This document shows positions 1-11,169 of a stretch of 64,000 nucleotides of DNA, piece by piece; positions within the stretch are counted from its first letter, which is position 1; each line of letters starts with the position of its first letter. The position numbers and the translations under genes were made by a program. Location of the stretch: positions 96,001 to 160,000 of the forward strand of contig CBDFIJ010000004.1 in NCBI GenBank assembly GCA_965248055.1, given 5' to 3'. Under the pieces are notes generated by a model. That model ran no database searches. It was not told the origin of the DNA and worked only from the letters and a program-made list of their open reading frames with translations. The DNA is from Candidatus Multivoradales bacterium. GTDB taxonomy: Bacteria > Acidobacteriota > Thermoanaerobaculia > Multivoradales > JAHEKO01.

Positions 1-17
1 CTAGCTCGTCCCAGCCA

Positions 18-2753
18 GTGCAGCCCCAGCCAGTGCAGTCTCAGGCAGTGCAGCCTGAGCAACTGACGCTCGATTCCGCATCAGAGTCGAGGGCCGATTT
101 TGCAGATCCTCCGCAGAAGCCAACGCACAGCCAAAGATATGTCGCAGTAGCGGTGCCGGTACCCCATCTCGGGCCGCTGACCTACGCACTGCCGGAGCGA
201 CTGCCGATTGCACCTCAACCGGGGATGCGTTGTCGGGTGCCCCTGGGCAAGCGGGCGGTGGAAGGCGTGATCGTAGAGCTGCTGGATACCGCGCCAGAAG
301 GCATCCGGCTGCGAGCAGTGGCAGAGATTGTCGACCGTGAACCGGTGCTGTCGGCTGAGTTACTGGCACTCGGTCATTTCATTGCCGACTATTACTTGGC
401 GCCGATCGGCGAAGTGTTGCGCTCAATGGTGCCCCAGGGAGTCTCGGCTTGGGGCAAGGAGAGAGTGCGGATTACTAACGCCGGTGCCCTGGCGAGTTGC
501 GACGACGGTCGGTTGTTGGCGGTGTTAGACCTACTGCGCGACGGTAGCCCGCGCTCGGTCTCTGAACTCACCGCCGCGGCGACGCTGGATTTGCTGTGGC
601 CGATTCTGGGCGAGTTACGGGAGCGCGATTGGATTCGCTACGAAGGGCGATCGGCCGACCGCGGCAGCCGCTTCGGCAAAGCCTACGAGCTGGTCGAAGA
701 CGAACCGGAGGCCCTCTATCAGCGCTGCGGTCGATCGAAACCGGGGCGCCGCGCAATAGACGTGATGTTGTCGCTGCAGCGCAGTGTTACCCGCGAGGAG
801 CTATTGGATGCGGCGGAGTGTGGGGTTGGGGTGCTACGCCGGTTGGTCAAGGTCGGGGTACTGCGGGAGTTTGTCGAAGTGCGTTCCTTGGACTTAGAGC
901 GCCACCGGCTGAGCGCCGAAGCGCAGCCAGAGTTCGTACTCACTGCTGAGCAAGAAACGGCCTTGAGTGCGATTGTCAGAGCTCTGGATCATGGGGCTTT
1001 GGGGCTGGCAGCTATGGATTATGGGGCTTTGGAGCAGGTGGCCTTAAACCAAGGGGTTCACGATCAGGCGCCTCTGAATCAAACGCCTCCGGATCAAAGG
1101 AGTGCCCAAACACCCGATGCGAAACGCACAGACGCCAGCGTCGAAGATGACGCGGCGAACGAGTCCCAAGCCCGGTCCCAACCCGAGTCCCAAACCGATG
1201 TCCAGACTCCAAACGCATTCTTGTTGCACGGCATCACCGGCAGCGGCAAAACCGAGGTCTACCTGCGCGCCGCACAGTTCGCTTTGCAGCAGGGTAGGAG
1301 TGCCTTAATCCTGGTGCCTGAGATCGCCTTGGTGCCCGCGTTGGCCAAGCAAGTGCGAGCGCGATTTGGCGACTGCCACGCGATCCTGCATTCCGGGCTA
1401 TCGCGCCAGGAGCGGGCCCAGGAGTGGCAGCGCATTCGCTCTGGCGCCGCTCGGGTGGTGGTTGGCCCTCGCTCAGCGCTGTTTGCGCCGATGCCCTCCT
1501 TGGGCCTGCTGATCGTCGACGAAGAGCACGACTCCTCTTACAAGCAGGAAAATTCACCGCGCTACCACGGGCGGGATATGGCTTACGTGCGGGCGCAAGG
1601 GGTCGGCGCTACCTTAGTCCTGGGCTCGGCAACCCCGAGTATGGAGACCCGGTTCAACGTGCAGCGCAACCGCGTCGCGCTGCTGACCATGGGCAAACGG
1701 GTTGGCGGAGCGAGGCTGCCCGAGGGGCAAGTGGTCGATCTACGCGAGGAGCAACCTCCCCGTAGGCCGGGGGAGATCGTTTTCTCTCGGGCGTTAGTCG
1801 CTGAGTTGCAAAACTGCTTGGACAACAAGAAACAAGCGATCCTGCTGCGCAACCGCAGAGGCTATGCCCCGGTCTTGTTGTGTTCCGCCTGTGGTCATGA
1901 CCACGAGTGTGCGGAGTGTGGCTTGGCGCAAACCGTCCATCGCAAAGCTGGGTTGCTCAAGTGCCACTACTGTGGTGCCAGTCGACAGATTCCGGATCGC
2001 TGCGCTGACTGCAACAGCAACGCGTTAGAGGCGGTGGGAGCGGGCACCGAACGGGTGGAAGAGCAGGTGCTGGAGCTGTTTCCGAATGCCCGGGTTGAGG
2101 TGTTGGATCGAGATAGCGCGCGCGGCGCTGGTCTGCGAGAAATCCTGGAGCGCTTTGGTTCGGGCCAGCGAGACATTCTGGTCGGCACTCAGATGGTTGC
2201 CAAAGGGCATCATTTTCCCAACGTCGCCCTGGCGGCGGTGCTCAACGCCGATACCTACATCAGTTTTCCCGACTTTCGTGGCGTCGAACGGGCCTATTCG
2301 TTGCTCTCGCAACTGGCGGGCAGAGCCGGACGGGGAGAGGTGCCCGGCAAAGTAATCATCCAAACGCGCCAGCCGGACCACTACGCGATCCGAGCTGCCC
2401 TCCAAGCGGATGACCAGAAATTTGCTGAGCGCGAGATGCTATTCCGCGAGCGCTACAGTTACCCACCGTTTTCCCGATTGGTGGAAGTGGTCACCGAAGA
2501 CCGCAATCGTGATCGAGCCCGCGAGGAGATCGAATCGATTGCCCGCAAGCTGCGCCAGCAACCGACCGCCGAAAGGCTAAGAATTCTAGGGCCGCAGCCG
2601 CCGCCGCACGAGCGCATCGCCGGTCGTTGGCGCTTTCAACTGCTGGCGATGGGGTCCAATTCCAGGCTGCTGCGATCGGCGATCGCACAGGCGCTGCCAG
2701 AGCGTTCCAGCGCTCGGGTCGCGGTTGACGTCGACCCTTACCAGCTTTTCTAA
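18..2753 (+). CDS. priA: Primosomal protein N' (replication restart helicase); true start may differ or lie upstream of the window
   Basis: Walker A GITGSGKT, DEEH box, RRGY followed by four CxxC pairs, GTQMVAKG, QLAGRAGR and C-terminal DVDP; low-complexity insertion before motif I. Confidence 0.96.
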   Translation: MQPQPVQSQAVQPEQLTLDSASESRADFADPPQKPTHSQRYVAVAVPVPHLGPLTYALPERLPIAPQPGMRCRVPLGKRAVEGVIVELLDTAPEGIRLRAVAEIVDREPVLSAELLALGHFIADYYLAPIGEVLRSMVPQGVSAWGKERVRITNAGALASCDDGRLLAVLDLLRDGSPRSVSELTAAATLDLLWPILGELRERDWIRYEGRSADRGSRFGKAYELVEDEPEALYQRCGRSKPGRRAIDVMLSLQRSVTREELLDAAECGVGVLRRLVKVGVLREFVEVRSLDLERHRLSAEAQPEFVLTAEQETALSAIVRALDHGALGLAAMDYGALEQVALNQGVHDQAPLNQTPPDQRSAQTPDAKRTDASVEDDAANESQARSQPESQTDVQTPNAFLLHGITGSGKTEVYLRAAQFALQQGRSALILVPEIALVPALAKQVRARFGDCHAILHSGLSRQERAQEWQRIRSGAARVVVGPRSALFAPMPSLGLLIVDEEHDSSYKQENSPRYHGRDMAYVRAQGVGATLVLGSATPSMETRFNVQRNRVALLTMGKRVGGARLPEGQVVDLREEQPPRRPGEIVFSRALVAELQNCLDNKKQAILLRNRRGYAPVLLCSACGHDHECAECGLAQTVHRKAGLLKCHYCGASRQIPDRCADCNSNALEAVGAGTERVEEQVLELFPNARVEVLDRDSARGAGLREILERFGSGQRDILVGTQMVAKGHHFPNVALAAVLNADTYISFPDFRGVERAYSLLSQLAGRAGRGEVPGKVIIQTRQPDHYAIRAALQADDQKFAEREMLFRERYSYPPFSRLVEVVTEDRNRDRAREEIESIARKLRQQPTAERLRILGPQPPPHERIAGRWRFQLLAMGSNSRLLRSAIAQALPERSSARVAVDVDPYQLF

Positions 2754-2852
2754 CCTCTTTTTCTAGACCCTGTTTGAAGTGTCGTCGGCCCTTTTGCTAA
2801 GCGAAAATAGCGGGCTTTGACCGTTGGAACGGATTTTGCTAGCGTCGCTTTG

Positions 2853-3805
2853 GTGAGCACGCCTGAAACCGCATTCGAACAACCGCTGATTGAACTGCGC
2901 AGCCAACTCGAGGAACTTGAAAGCTATCCCGCTGACGCGCGCCGCGAAGGGGAGATCGCCCAATTGCGCCGCAAGCTGGAGCGCGAGTCTGAACGCGTCT
3001 ACTCCAAGCTCACGCCCTGGGAGACCGCGCTCACCGCTCGTCATGCAGCCCGCCCCCAGGCCTTGGACTACATTGAAGACCTGACCGAGGATTGGCTGGA
3101 GCTGCACGGGGATCGCGGTTTTGCCGACGATCCAGCGATTGTCGCCGGTTTTGCCCGCTTTCACGGTCGTTCGGTGGCCATTGTCGGCCACCAGAAGGGA
3201 CGCAGCACACAGCAACGCATCCACCGCAACTTCGGCCAACCCCGGCCCGAGGGCTACCGCAAAGCGCTACGGATCATGAAGTTGGCGGAGCGATTTGACT
3301 GCCCAGTGCTGACCTTTATTGACACCCCGGGAGCCTACCCAGGGATTGGTGCCGAGGAGCGCGGCCAAGCTCAGGCGATTGCTCACAATTTGGAACAGAT
3401 GGCGCAACTTAGGGTGCCGATCATTGCCATCGTCATTGGCGAAGGCGGCAGTGGCGGAGCGTTGGCTCTGGGCGTAGCGGATCGAGTTTTGATGCTGCGC
3501 TATGCGATCTACTCGGTGATCTCCCCTGAAGGCTGCGCGGCGATTCTGTGGAAGAACCAAGACAAGCGAGCTGCCGCCGCAGCGGCGATGCGCATCACCG
3601 CTCCAGACTTAGAGGGTCTGGGAGTGATCGACGGTGTGGTGCCCGAGCCAACCGGGGGCGCCACACCGATCCACCGACGACTTTTCAAGCAGTGTCTCAG
3701 GCGCTTCGCACCGCACTCGATGAGGTCGCATCCTTGACCACCGAAGAACGCCTGGAACTCCGCTATCAACGATTCCGCAAGCTTGGTGTTGTCGCAGACG
3801 CCTAG
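2853..3805 (+). CDS. accA: Acetyl-CoA carboxylase carboxyltransferase alpha subunit, apparent 1-bp frameshift near 3661
   Basis: [50 protein letters not shown]; conserved C-terminus (HTDP...RYQRFRKLG) lies in another frame ending at 3805. Confidence 0.92.
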
Positions 3806-3822
3806 CTCTTCGCTGGTTCCCG

Positions 3823-5898
3823 ATGCCGTCTCCGAAAACGATTCGACTGGTACGCCGAGTGCTGCTGTTTTCTTTGATCGGGTTTGTCGGGGTGTTGGGA
3901 TTCCTACTCTGGTTTGGCCAGAGGAGAAGCACCGATCCAGCAACTTTGACCGTGCGCGAAACGGCTCCCGGTGAGATCGACGTCGACGTCACCACCGGGT
4001 TTGACTACACGATTTCCATTGCTGGCCATAAGTTGATGCGCATTCGAGCCGATCGAGTGGTGAGTCGTGGCGAGCGGGAAGTACACTTGGAGCAAGTCGG
4101 GCCGATTGAGCTTTACCGCAGCGACGGCAACACCATTTTTGTCAGCGCTGATCGCGGTTCGTTTGACTTGGAAAGTGGGTCTTCCAAGCTGGAGGGAAAT
4201 GTCGAACTGCAGGGCGCCGCAGGAACTTGGTTCAGTACCGACAGTTTGGAGCTCGCGGAAGAAGGCAAGGTGGTGCGCAGCGCCGGTGAGGTTCGTCTGC
4301 GCAAGGACGAGCAGGTCCGGGGTCGCGCCAATCGTTTTACCGCCAATCTACAAGAGAATGCCGTCAACCTAGTGGGGCGCGTGCGTTTTGACCTCGCCGG
4401 AGAAGGCGGCAATCTGCCCTATCGGTTGGAGGGAAGGCGAGCCACTTACTACTCCAATCGGTCGGAGTTTCGAATGGCTGGCGGAGTGACCTTGATCCAC
4501 GCTGATTCTCGATTGCAAGCCCGCGAGATGGCAGCTTTTTCTGGCACTGGCAAGGGTTTGAAATTGGTGCAGTTTCGCCGCGGGGTGACCGGCCACTGGC
4601 TGGAGCGACAAGCCGACGGTGGCGCAACACGCATGGACCTGATGGCGCAAGATCTGGACTTGGATTTCGACGACAACGGAGCTATCACCAAAACCCGGTT
4701 GCGACGGAATCGACCAGCGGAGCTGCGTCTCACCCAAGGCGCCAAGGAACAGTCACTGCGGGGTATCAAGATTGAGGTGCTGTGGCAGCAGGGCGAGCCG
4801 ATTTCCGGCACCGCCGAGCAGCAAGCGCAAATCGTCGAGCACACGCCAACCGGGGGGCGCAGTGCTTTTGGGGAGCGGGCGACGTTTACTTTCAATGCCG
4901 GCGATCTAAGCGAAATGAGGATGTCCGGCGCGGTCCGGGTTCAGGAAGAGGACGCAACCACCACCGGCGACTTAGCGACCTATAGCGCAACGAGTCGTTC
5001 CTTTGAAGTCAAGGGGAGTCCCGCCGAGACCACCTTTCCCAGCGGCAGCATGACTTCTCCCAAGATTACTTATGACGCCGCGACTAAAGTCGCGACCGCA
5101 GTTGCCACCGTGCGCGGCGAGTACCGCCAAGGTAGTGAACCTGGAATCTTGGGTGATGGTCCGGGACCGGCGAGGTTTGAAGCGCAGGGTGCAACTTGGG
5201 AACAAAGCACAGAAGCAGTCCAGCTCGACGGTCAAGCACGTATATGGCGCGAGCGCGACCTGATGATCGCCGACACCATCACCTCCTACTTGAAGCGGAG
5301 ATCGGTGGAAGCGAACGGCGACGTCCGCGTGATCATGGAACGAGTCGGCGACGACCCCAGCGCGGGACCGGTCGCCACTGAAGCGGCAGCCGACGCCATG
5401 CAGTATTTTGAAGCGGAGCGGGTGATTCATTTGATCGGTAGCGCGACCGCCCAACGTGAGGGTCGAACCCTGAGCTGTGGCAAGTTAGATGTGATTTTGG
5501 GTCCAGACGGGGACGTCGAGCGCATGAACTGCGCGGAGAGAACTCGACTGCTTGATCCAGTGGCGGGCCGCACGGTGGTGGCTGAGACTGTGGTTTATCG
5601 GATTGGCGATGAAGAAGCGCTGTTTACCGGTGATCCGGTGACCGCAACCGCAGACGATGGCAGCGTGGTGACTGGCAAACGACTGATCTATCGGTTGGCC
5701 ACCGGGGAAGCGATCATGGACGTCGGTCCGCAGGCCGCGGCTGAGAGCACGGCGCCAGAAGGCGCCCTAACAGAAGGCGGGTCCGAAGACGGAGAGGCCC
5801 CTGAATTGGAGCCACTCGGTGACAGCGAGGCGGTAGAAACTTCAAAGCCGACAGGCGACTCAGGTTCCACTGACCCGGTAACGGAGGAGCAACCGTGA
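3823..5898 (+). CDS. Extended LptC/LptA-like LPS transport periplasmic protein (N-terminal TM anchor plus several beta-jellyroll repeats)
   Basis: Single N-terminal TM helix, repeated OstA-like beta patterns (LEGNVEL, MSGAVRV, LDGQARI, ANGDVRV), directly upstream of lptB. Confidence 0.8.
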   Translation: MPSPKTIRLVRRVLLFSLIGFVGVLGFLLWFGQRRSTDPATLTVRETAPGEIDVDVTTGFDYTISIAGHKLMRIRADRVVSRGEREVHLEQVGPIELYRSDGNTIFVSADRGSFDLESGSSKLEGNVELQGAAGTWFSTDSLELAEEGKVVRSAGEVRLRKDEQVRGRANRFTANLQENAVNLVGRVRFDLAGEGGNLPYRLEGRRATYYSNRSEFRMAGGVTLIHADSRLQAREMAAFSGTGKGLKLVQFRRGVTGHWLERQADGGATRMDLMAQDLDLDFDDNGAITKTRLRRNRPAELRLTQGAKEQSLRGIKIEVLWQQGEPISGTAEQQAQIVEHTPTGGRSAFGERATFTFNAGDLSEMRMSGAVRVQEEDATTTGDLATYSATSRSFEVKGSPAETTFPSGSMTSPKITYDAATKVATAVATVRGEYRQGSEPGILGDGPGPARFEAQGATWEQSTEAVQLDGQARIWRERDLMIADTITSYLKRRSVEANGDVRVIMERVGDDPSAGPVATEAAADAMQYFEAERVIHLIGSATAQREGRTLSCGKLDVILGPDGDVERMNCAERTRLLDPVAGRTVVAETVVYRIGDEEALFTGDPVTATADDGSVVTGKRLIYRLATGEAIMDVGPQAAAESTAPEGALTEGGSEDGEAPELEPLGDSEAVETSKPTGDSGSTDPVTEEQP

Positions 5899-6707
5899 GC
5901 GAACGGCCACCCAGCATCTTGGTTCCCGACTCCGCTGACCACGAGTTCGAGTCGGATCAGCCGGTGCAGGCAGATCGACCACCGGCTCGCCAGCTTCGCG
6001 CCGAGGGATTGAAGAAGGTGTACCGCGGCCGAGCGGTGGTCGACGGAGTCTCGATTGACGTCAAGTCCGGAGAGGTAGTCGGTCTTTTGGGCCCCAACGG
6101 GGCCGGCAAAACCACCATCTTCTACATGGTGGTGGGATTGACGCCGCCCGACGAAGGCAAAGTCTTTTTCGGCGACCAGGACATCACCGAGCTGCCGATG
6201 TACTTGCGCGCCAAGAAGGGCCTAAGCTACTTGCCGCAGGAACCATCGGTATTTCGTCGCATGACGGTGGAAGACAATCTACGGGCGATCTTTGAGACTC
6301 TCGATCTGCCGCTGGTCCAACAGCGCAGAAGGACCGATCAACTACTGGCTGAATTTGGCTTGGAAACGGTGCGTAAGACGCGGGCGATTGCACTCTCGGG
6401 TGGCGAGCGGAGAAGGGTCGAAATTGCTCGCGCGTTGGTCCTCGACCCGGCCTTCATCTTGCTCGATGAGCCATTTGCTGGCATCGACCCGATTGCGGTG
6501 CTCGATATTCAACGCATTATTTCGCACCTCAAGGAAATGGGGATTGGAGTCTTGATTACCGACCACAACGTGCGCGAAACGCTGCGCATCACCGACCGTG
6601 CTTACATCATCAGCGAAGGCAAAATTCTGTGTGCCGGCATTCCGTCTGAACTTTCGGCAGATCCAGAAGTGCGCAAGATCTATCTTGGGGAATCGTTTCA
6701 GCTGTAG
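5895..6707 (+). CDS. lptB: LPS export ABC transporter ATP-binding protein
   Basis: [53 protein letters not shown]. Confidence 0.97.
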   Translation: MSERPPSILVPDSADHEFESDQPVQADRPPARQLRAEGLKKVYRGRAVVDGVSIDVKSGEVVGLLGPNGAGKTTIFYMVVGLTPPDEGKVFFGDQDITELPMYLRAKKGLSYLPQEPSVFRRMTVEDNLRAIFETLDLPLVQQRRRTDQLLAEFGLETVRKTRAIALSGGERRRVEIARALVLDPAFILLDEPFAGIDPIAVLDIQRIISHLKEMGIGVLITDHNVRETLRITDRAYIISEGKILCAGIPSELSADPEVRKIYLGESFQL

Positions 6708-6718
6708 GGCATGATCTG

Positions 6719-8185
6719 ATGGCACTGGAGCAAAGACTTTCCCTCAAGCTGGCGCAAAAGCTGGTGATGACCCCCTCCTTGCAGCAGGCGATCAAACTGC
6801 TGCAAATGACTCGTCCAGAGCTGCTGCAAACGGTTACCCAGGAGCTGGTGGAAAACCCGCTTTTGGAAGAGCTCGAGGCGGCGCTCGAAGAGGAAGGCGA
6901 AGAAGGGGTCGAGGCCAACACCGAGGAAACGACCGAGGCCGAGGATGCTTCTGACGCCGATCACGAGCAGGCAATGCAGGAAGCCGAGATGGAGTCCTAC
7001 TTTGCCGATCAATTCGACGGTACCCACTTTGAAGGATCAACTCGCGAGATACCAGAAGCTCCGCCGCTGGAGAACACCCTGGCCCGAGACCCGGATCTCT
7101 ACGACCACCTGCTGTGGCAGCTACATATGGCGGGTATTTCCCCCGAGCTTTGCCAGGTCGCCGAGGTGGTGGTGGGCAACCTGAATCCGGATGGATTTTT
7201 GATGGCGGATGAACACGAGATTTTGCAGACCATGAGTGGCGACGGCGGCGACTGTACGTTGGAACTGATCGCTGAAGCGTTGGAACTGGTGCAGTCTTTC
7301 GACCCTCCTGGAGTTGGCTTTCGCACGCTGCAGGAAAGCCTCGCCTATCAATTGGTGAAATGCGGAGAGCCGCCAGAGTCGACGGCGACGCGTATCGTCT
7401 CGGAGCACTGGTCGTTGTTTCTCAAGCGTCAGTTGCCAGCTCTGGCACGGGATCTGGGGATCAAACTGGCGGAACTCGAGCCAGTGATCGAGATCATCAA
7501 AGGCCTGGAAACGCGACCCGGCCGTCAGTTCAGCGCCGAGCGCACGCACTACGTTGAGGCGGACGTCTACGTGGTTAAGGTTGGCGGCGACTACGTGATC
7601 CAATTGAACGAAGACGGGCTGCCCAAGCTACGCATCAGCGGGGCTTATCGCAAGATGTTGATGGAAATGAAGCGTGCGGGATCGGAAAAGGACACGCAGG
7701 ACTACATTCGCGAGAAGATGCGGGGGGCAATGTGGTTAATCAAGAGTTTGGATCAGAGACAGCGTACAATCTACAAAGTGGCTGAATCGATCATCCGGCA
7801 GCAGCGTGCATTTTTTGATCACGGGCTGGACAAGCTGCGGCCGATGGTTCTGCGCGACGTGGCTGACGACATTGGTATGCACGAGTCGACCGTCAGTCGA
7901 GTGGTTTCCAACAAATACATCCACACTCCGCGCGGGTTGTTTCCCCTTAAGTTCTTCTTCCATAGTGGGATTGATCGCGACTATGGAGAAGACATTTCTT
8001 CCTTGACGGTCAAGCGCAAGATCTCCAAACTTATTGAATCGGAGAATCCCAAACGTCCGTTCTCGGACAGTGCTCTCGGCAAAGCTCTCAACCGTGAAGG
8101 AATCAACATCGCCCGTCGAACGGTAGCTAAGTATCGTGACGAACTACAAATCCCCTCCTCGACGGACCGTAAGCAGTACTTCTAA
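6719..8185 (+). CDS. rpoN: RNA polymerase sigma-54 factor
   Basis: Region I MTPSLQQAIKLLQ, HTH HESTVSRV and RpoN box ARRTVAKYR. Confidence 0.98.
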   Translation: MALEQRLSLKLAQKLVMTPSLQQAIKLLQMTRPELLQTVTQELVENPLLEELEAALEEEGEEGVEANTEETTEAEDASDADHEQAMQEAEMESYFADQFDGTHFEGSTREIPEAPPLENTLARDPDLYDHLLWQLHMAGISPELCQVAEVVVGNLNPDGFLMADEHEILQTMSGDGGDCTLELIAEALELVQSFDPPGVGFRTLQESLAYQLVKCGEPPESTATRIVSEHWSLFLKRQLPALARDLGIKLAELEPVIEIIKGLETRPGRQFSAERTHYVEADVYVVKVGGDYVIQLNEDGLPKLRISGAYRKMLMEMKRAGSEKDTQDYIREKMRGAMWLIKSLDQRQRTIYKVAESIIRQQRAFFDHGLDKLRPMVLRDVADDIGMHESTVSRVVSNKYIHTPRGLFPLKFFFHSGIDRDYGEDISSLTVKRKISKLIESENPKRPFSDSALGKALNREGINIARRTVAKYRDELQIPSSTDRKQYF

Positions 8186-8205
8186 CCAACCAGGAGCTAT
8201 CGCAT

Positions 8206-8754
8206 ATGAACGTGGAATTCGTCGGTCGACATTACGAAATTGAGGATCGGGTCAAAGGTTATGCTGAGCAGCGATTAGCAGCCTCCGAGCGTTTCGCCGA
8301 CGAACCGATCCATGCTCATGTCGCTTTCACCCGTGAGGGTTATCGTTGTATCACCGACCTGCAGTTCTCCCATCGTGGTGGCAATCTGCACGCCACCGAA
8401 TCGGCAGACGACATGTTTGATGCCACCAACTTGGCGTTCGACAAACTCGACAAACAGTTGCGCAGAGCGAACAAGCGACGGGTAGACCGACGTCGGCGCG
8501 CCGATCACAAACGGGTCGAAGATGACCATTGGCCAGTCGATGTGGTCGGCGGTGATCAGTTGCGTTCAGGGGAAACAGAAGTGCTGCGTTCTTCCACTTT
8601 TGAAATTTGCGAGATGGATATGAACGCTGCGGTGGCTCAGCTGGAGACTTCGAAGAACCAATTCCTGATCTTCCGGCATTCAGCAACAGGCCAGACCACG
8701 GTTCTCTATAAACGCAAAGACGGTGACTATGGAGTGGTGTCTCCCGACGCCTAA
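8206..8754 (+). CDS. hpf: Ribosome hibernation promoting factor, long form
   Basis: S30AE-like N-domain and C-terminal domain (FLIFR...VLYKRKDGDYG); follows rpoN. Confidence 0.9.
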   Translation: MNVEFVGRHYEIEDRVKGYAEQRLAASERFADEPIHAHVAFTREGYRCITDLQFSHRGGNLHATESADDMFDATNLAFDKLDKQLRRANKRRVDRRRRADHKRVEDDHWPVDVVGGDQLRSGETEVLRSSTFEICEMDMNAAVAQLETSKNQFLIFRHSATGQTTVLYKRKDGDYGVVSPDA

Positions 8755-8763
8755 GATCGCGCG

Positions 8764-9321
8764 ATGCCTGAGGCCAGAATGGAGATGATCGACCTCGCTC
8801 GACGCGATTTTGTGTTCGCCGACGTAGAGGGCAGCGAAAGGATGTCGGTGCTGCGAACCCTGTCCGCGCTGATGGTGAAAAACGGAGTCGTCCCAGAAGC
8901 CGATCGGCTTTACGAGGCGCTTTGGGAGCGAGAACTGCTGCAATCGACCGGCGTCGGAGACGGGGTTGCGATTCCGCACTGCAAGGTCCGAGGCCTAAAG
9001 AAAGTGGTGATGGCGGTTGCCACTTGCTCGCAGGAGGTCGACTTTGAGGCCCCAGACGGCCAACCGGTACGCCTGGTGTTCTTGTTGTTGTCGCCGGTCA
9101 ATGAAGCGGTGGCGCATCTGCGATCGTTGGCGGCTGTGTCCACCTGGCTGCGGGATCGTCCTCGCTTGGCCGACAAGCTGGCTGGTCTCGCAGAAGATGC
9201 GATCTTCAGCGCTTTGTTCCCCGAACCGAAACTAGAAGCAGCAACTATCGAGCCCCCTTCTTCGGAAACCCCTTCTTCAGAGACTCCAGCCTCAGAGACT
9301 CCGCCTTCAGAGACAGTGTAG
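8764..9321 (+). CDS. ptsN: PTS EIIA (Ntr/fructose type)
   Basis: RELLQSTGVGDGVAIPH with phospho-His; rpoN operon context. Confidence 0.9.
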   Translation: MPEARMEMIDLARRDFVFADVEGSERMSVLRTLSALMVKNGVVPEADRLYEALWERELLQSTGVGDGVAIPHCKVRGLKKVVMAVATCSQEVDFEAPDGQPVRLVFLLLSPVNEAVAHLRSLAAVSTWLRDRPRLADKLAGLAEDAIFSALFPEPKLEAATIEPPSSETPSSETPASETPPSETV

Positions 9322-9352
9322 ATGGCGGCGCGCCGCCCCTAGGACAAGTACC

Positions 9353-10300
9353 GTGGTCACCCGCCAAAGCGTTGCTGTCTCAGAACTGCTGGGAGACGAA
9401 CTATCCGAGTTGGAGTTGCAGGTTGTTTGTGCGCCAGAGGGGCTCGGTAACCGCATCGAGCATCCACGAATCCAAAAACCCGGCCTAGCACTGGCGGGGT
9501 ACTACCAGTACATCAAACCCGGGCGTCTACAGATCCTTGGGGCTAGTGAACGCGATTATGCTGAAACCCTTGCTGCCGAAGTGCTGGCTGAACGGGTGGC
9601 AGAAGTCACCCGGCGACCGATCCCCGCTTTTGTTGTTTCCAAGGGTTTGCCGACCATTGAGTTACTGGCCGAGGCCTGTGCCGAGCACAAGATCACCATC
9701 CTGTCCTCGCCCAAGTTGACTTCCCAGCTGATTCAAGAACTGGGCGACTTTCTAGAGGAACATTTGGTGCCCTCAGTGGCGGCGCACGCGGTACTGCTGG
9801 ATGTTTTCGGTCTGGGGGTGATGCTGGTGGGGGAGAGCGGTGTAGGAAAGAGCGAGTGCGCCCTGGATCTGATCACGCGGGGGCACAGCTTAGTTGCCGA
9901 TGATCGGGTCATTGTCCGACGCTATCCTCACAGTGAATTGGGAGGCAGCGGGGATCCGGCTACGCGTCACCACATGGAGTTGCGCGGCCTGGGGATTCTC
10001 AACATCCGCGACCTGTTTGGTTTGTCGGCGGTGCGCGAGCGCAAACGGATCGACTTGGTAGTGGAGTTGGTGTCTTGGAAAGAGGGTGAAGAGTACGACC
10101 GTCTCGGGCTGGAGGAAAGCACCTACGAAATCCTCGGCACGCCGATTCCCTACGTCAAGATGCCGGTCGCCTTGGGCCGCAATGTCGGCATCTTGGTTGA
10201 GATCGCTGCCCGCAACCATCGACTCAAAATGCAAGGGCATCACTCTGCGCGCGAGTTCATTCGTCAGTTGGAAAGTGGACGCAACAAGGACAGCAACTGA
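9353..10300 (+). CDS. hprK: HPr kinase/phosphorylase
   Basis: GESGVGKSECAL, LVADD, MELRGLGI. Confidence 0.96.
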   Translation: MVTRQSVAVSELLGDELSELELQVVCAPEGLGNRIEHPRIQKPGLALAGYYQYIKPGRLQILGASERDYAETLAAEVLAERVAEVTRRPIPAFVVSKGLPTIELLAEACAEHKITILSSPKLTSQLIQELGDFLEEHLVPSVAAHAVLLDVFGLGVMLVGESGVGKSECALDLITRGHSLVADDRVIVRRYPHSELGGSGDPATRHHMELRGLGILNIRDLFGLSAVRERKRIDLVVELVSWKEGEEYDRLGLEESTYEILGTPIPYVKMPVALGRNVGILVEIAARNHRLKMQGHHSAREFIRQLESGRNKDSN

Positions 10301-11160
10301 TGCCAACCCCGGTTTTGGTCACCGGTCTTTCCGGTTCCGGCAAAAGTAGCGCCGCCAAGGCGTTTGAGGACCTGGGTTTTTACTGCGTCGACAATTTGCC
10401 GCTGCCGCTGCTGGCGGACTTACTGGGGGATCCCCAGGGGATTATCGGCAACCCCGAACAACCCTTGGCGGTGGTCACCGATGCCCGGACTCCAGATTTC
10501 GTGGTCGGCTTGCCGGCGTTGCTGGATCGCTTGGAGGTGTGCCCTACCTTGGTCTTTCTTGAAGCCTCAGACGAAGCGCTGGTCCGTCGTTTCTCCGAAA
10601 CTAGGCGGCGCCATCCGATGGCCTCGGATCGTCCGGTGATCGACGGCATCCACGCCGAGCGAGACATGCTGGCGGAGCTGCGCGGTCGTGCCGACATTGT
10701 TCTGGATACTGGCGAATGGACGATTCACGACCTGCGCCGACAGATTCAACGGGAATTCAAATTGGCCACCAGCGACGACGCGATGAGCGTGTCGATCATG
10801 AGTTTTGGCTTCAAGCATGGTCTGCCCTATGGCGCCGACACCGTGTTCGATGTGCGTTTCTTGCCCAATCCGCACTTCCAACCGGAGCTGCGTCCCAAGA
10901 CCGGTCGGGAGCCCGAAGTGGTGGAGTTTCTTGAGAGTCACGACTCGTACCACCAGTGGCTAGAGAAATTGTTTGAATTCGTTGAGTTCTTGCTGCCGCG
11001 CTACCAGCAGGAAGCGCGCAGTCACCTGACCCTAGCGATTGGCTGCACTGGCGGGCGTCATCGTTCGGTTGCCACCGCCGAAGCCCTGGCACAGCGCCTT
11101 GAGCAAGCCGGCTGGCGGATCCACCTGCAACATCGAGATTCGCACTCACTCGAAGGCTGA
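10300..11160 (+). CDS. rapZ: RNase adapter RapZ/YvcJ family protein
   Basis: TGLSGSGKS, CVDNLP, RRFSETRRRHP, SFGFKHG, DVRFLPNPH, IGCTGGRHRSV. Confidence 0.96.
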   Translation: MPTPVLVTGLSGSGKSSAAKAFEDLGFYCVDNLPLPLLADLLGDPQGIIGNPEQPLAVVTDARTPDFVVGLPALLDRLEVCPTLVFLEASDEALVRRFSETRRRHPMASDRPVIDGIHAERDMLAELRGRADIVLDTGEWTIHDLRRQIQREFKLATSDDAMSVSIMSFGFKHGLPYGADTVFDVRFLPNPHFQPELRPKTGREPEVVEFLESHDSYHQWLEKLFEFVEFLLPRYQQEARSHLTLAIGCTGGRHRSVATAEALAQRLEQAGWRIHLQHRDSHSLEG

Positions 11161-11169
11161 TCGGTAAAC

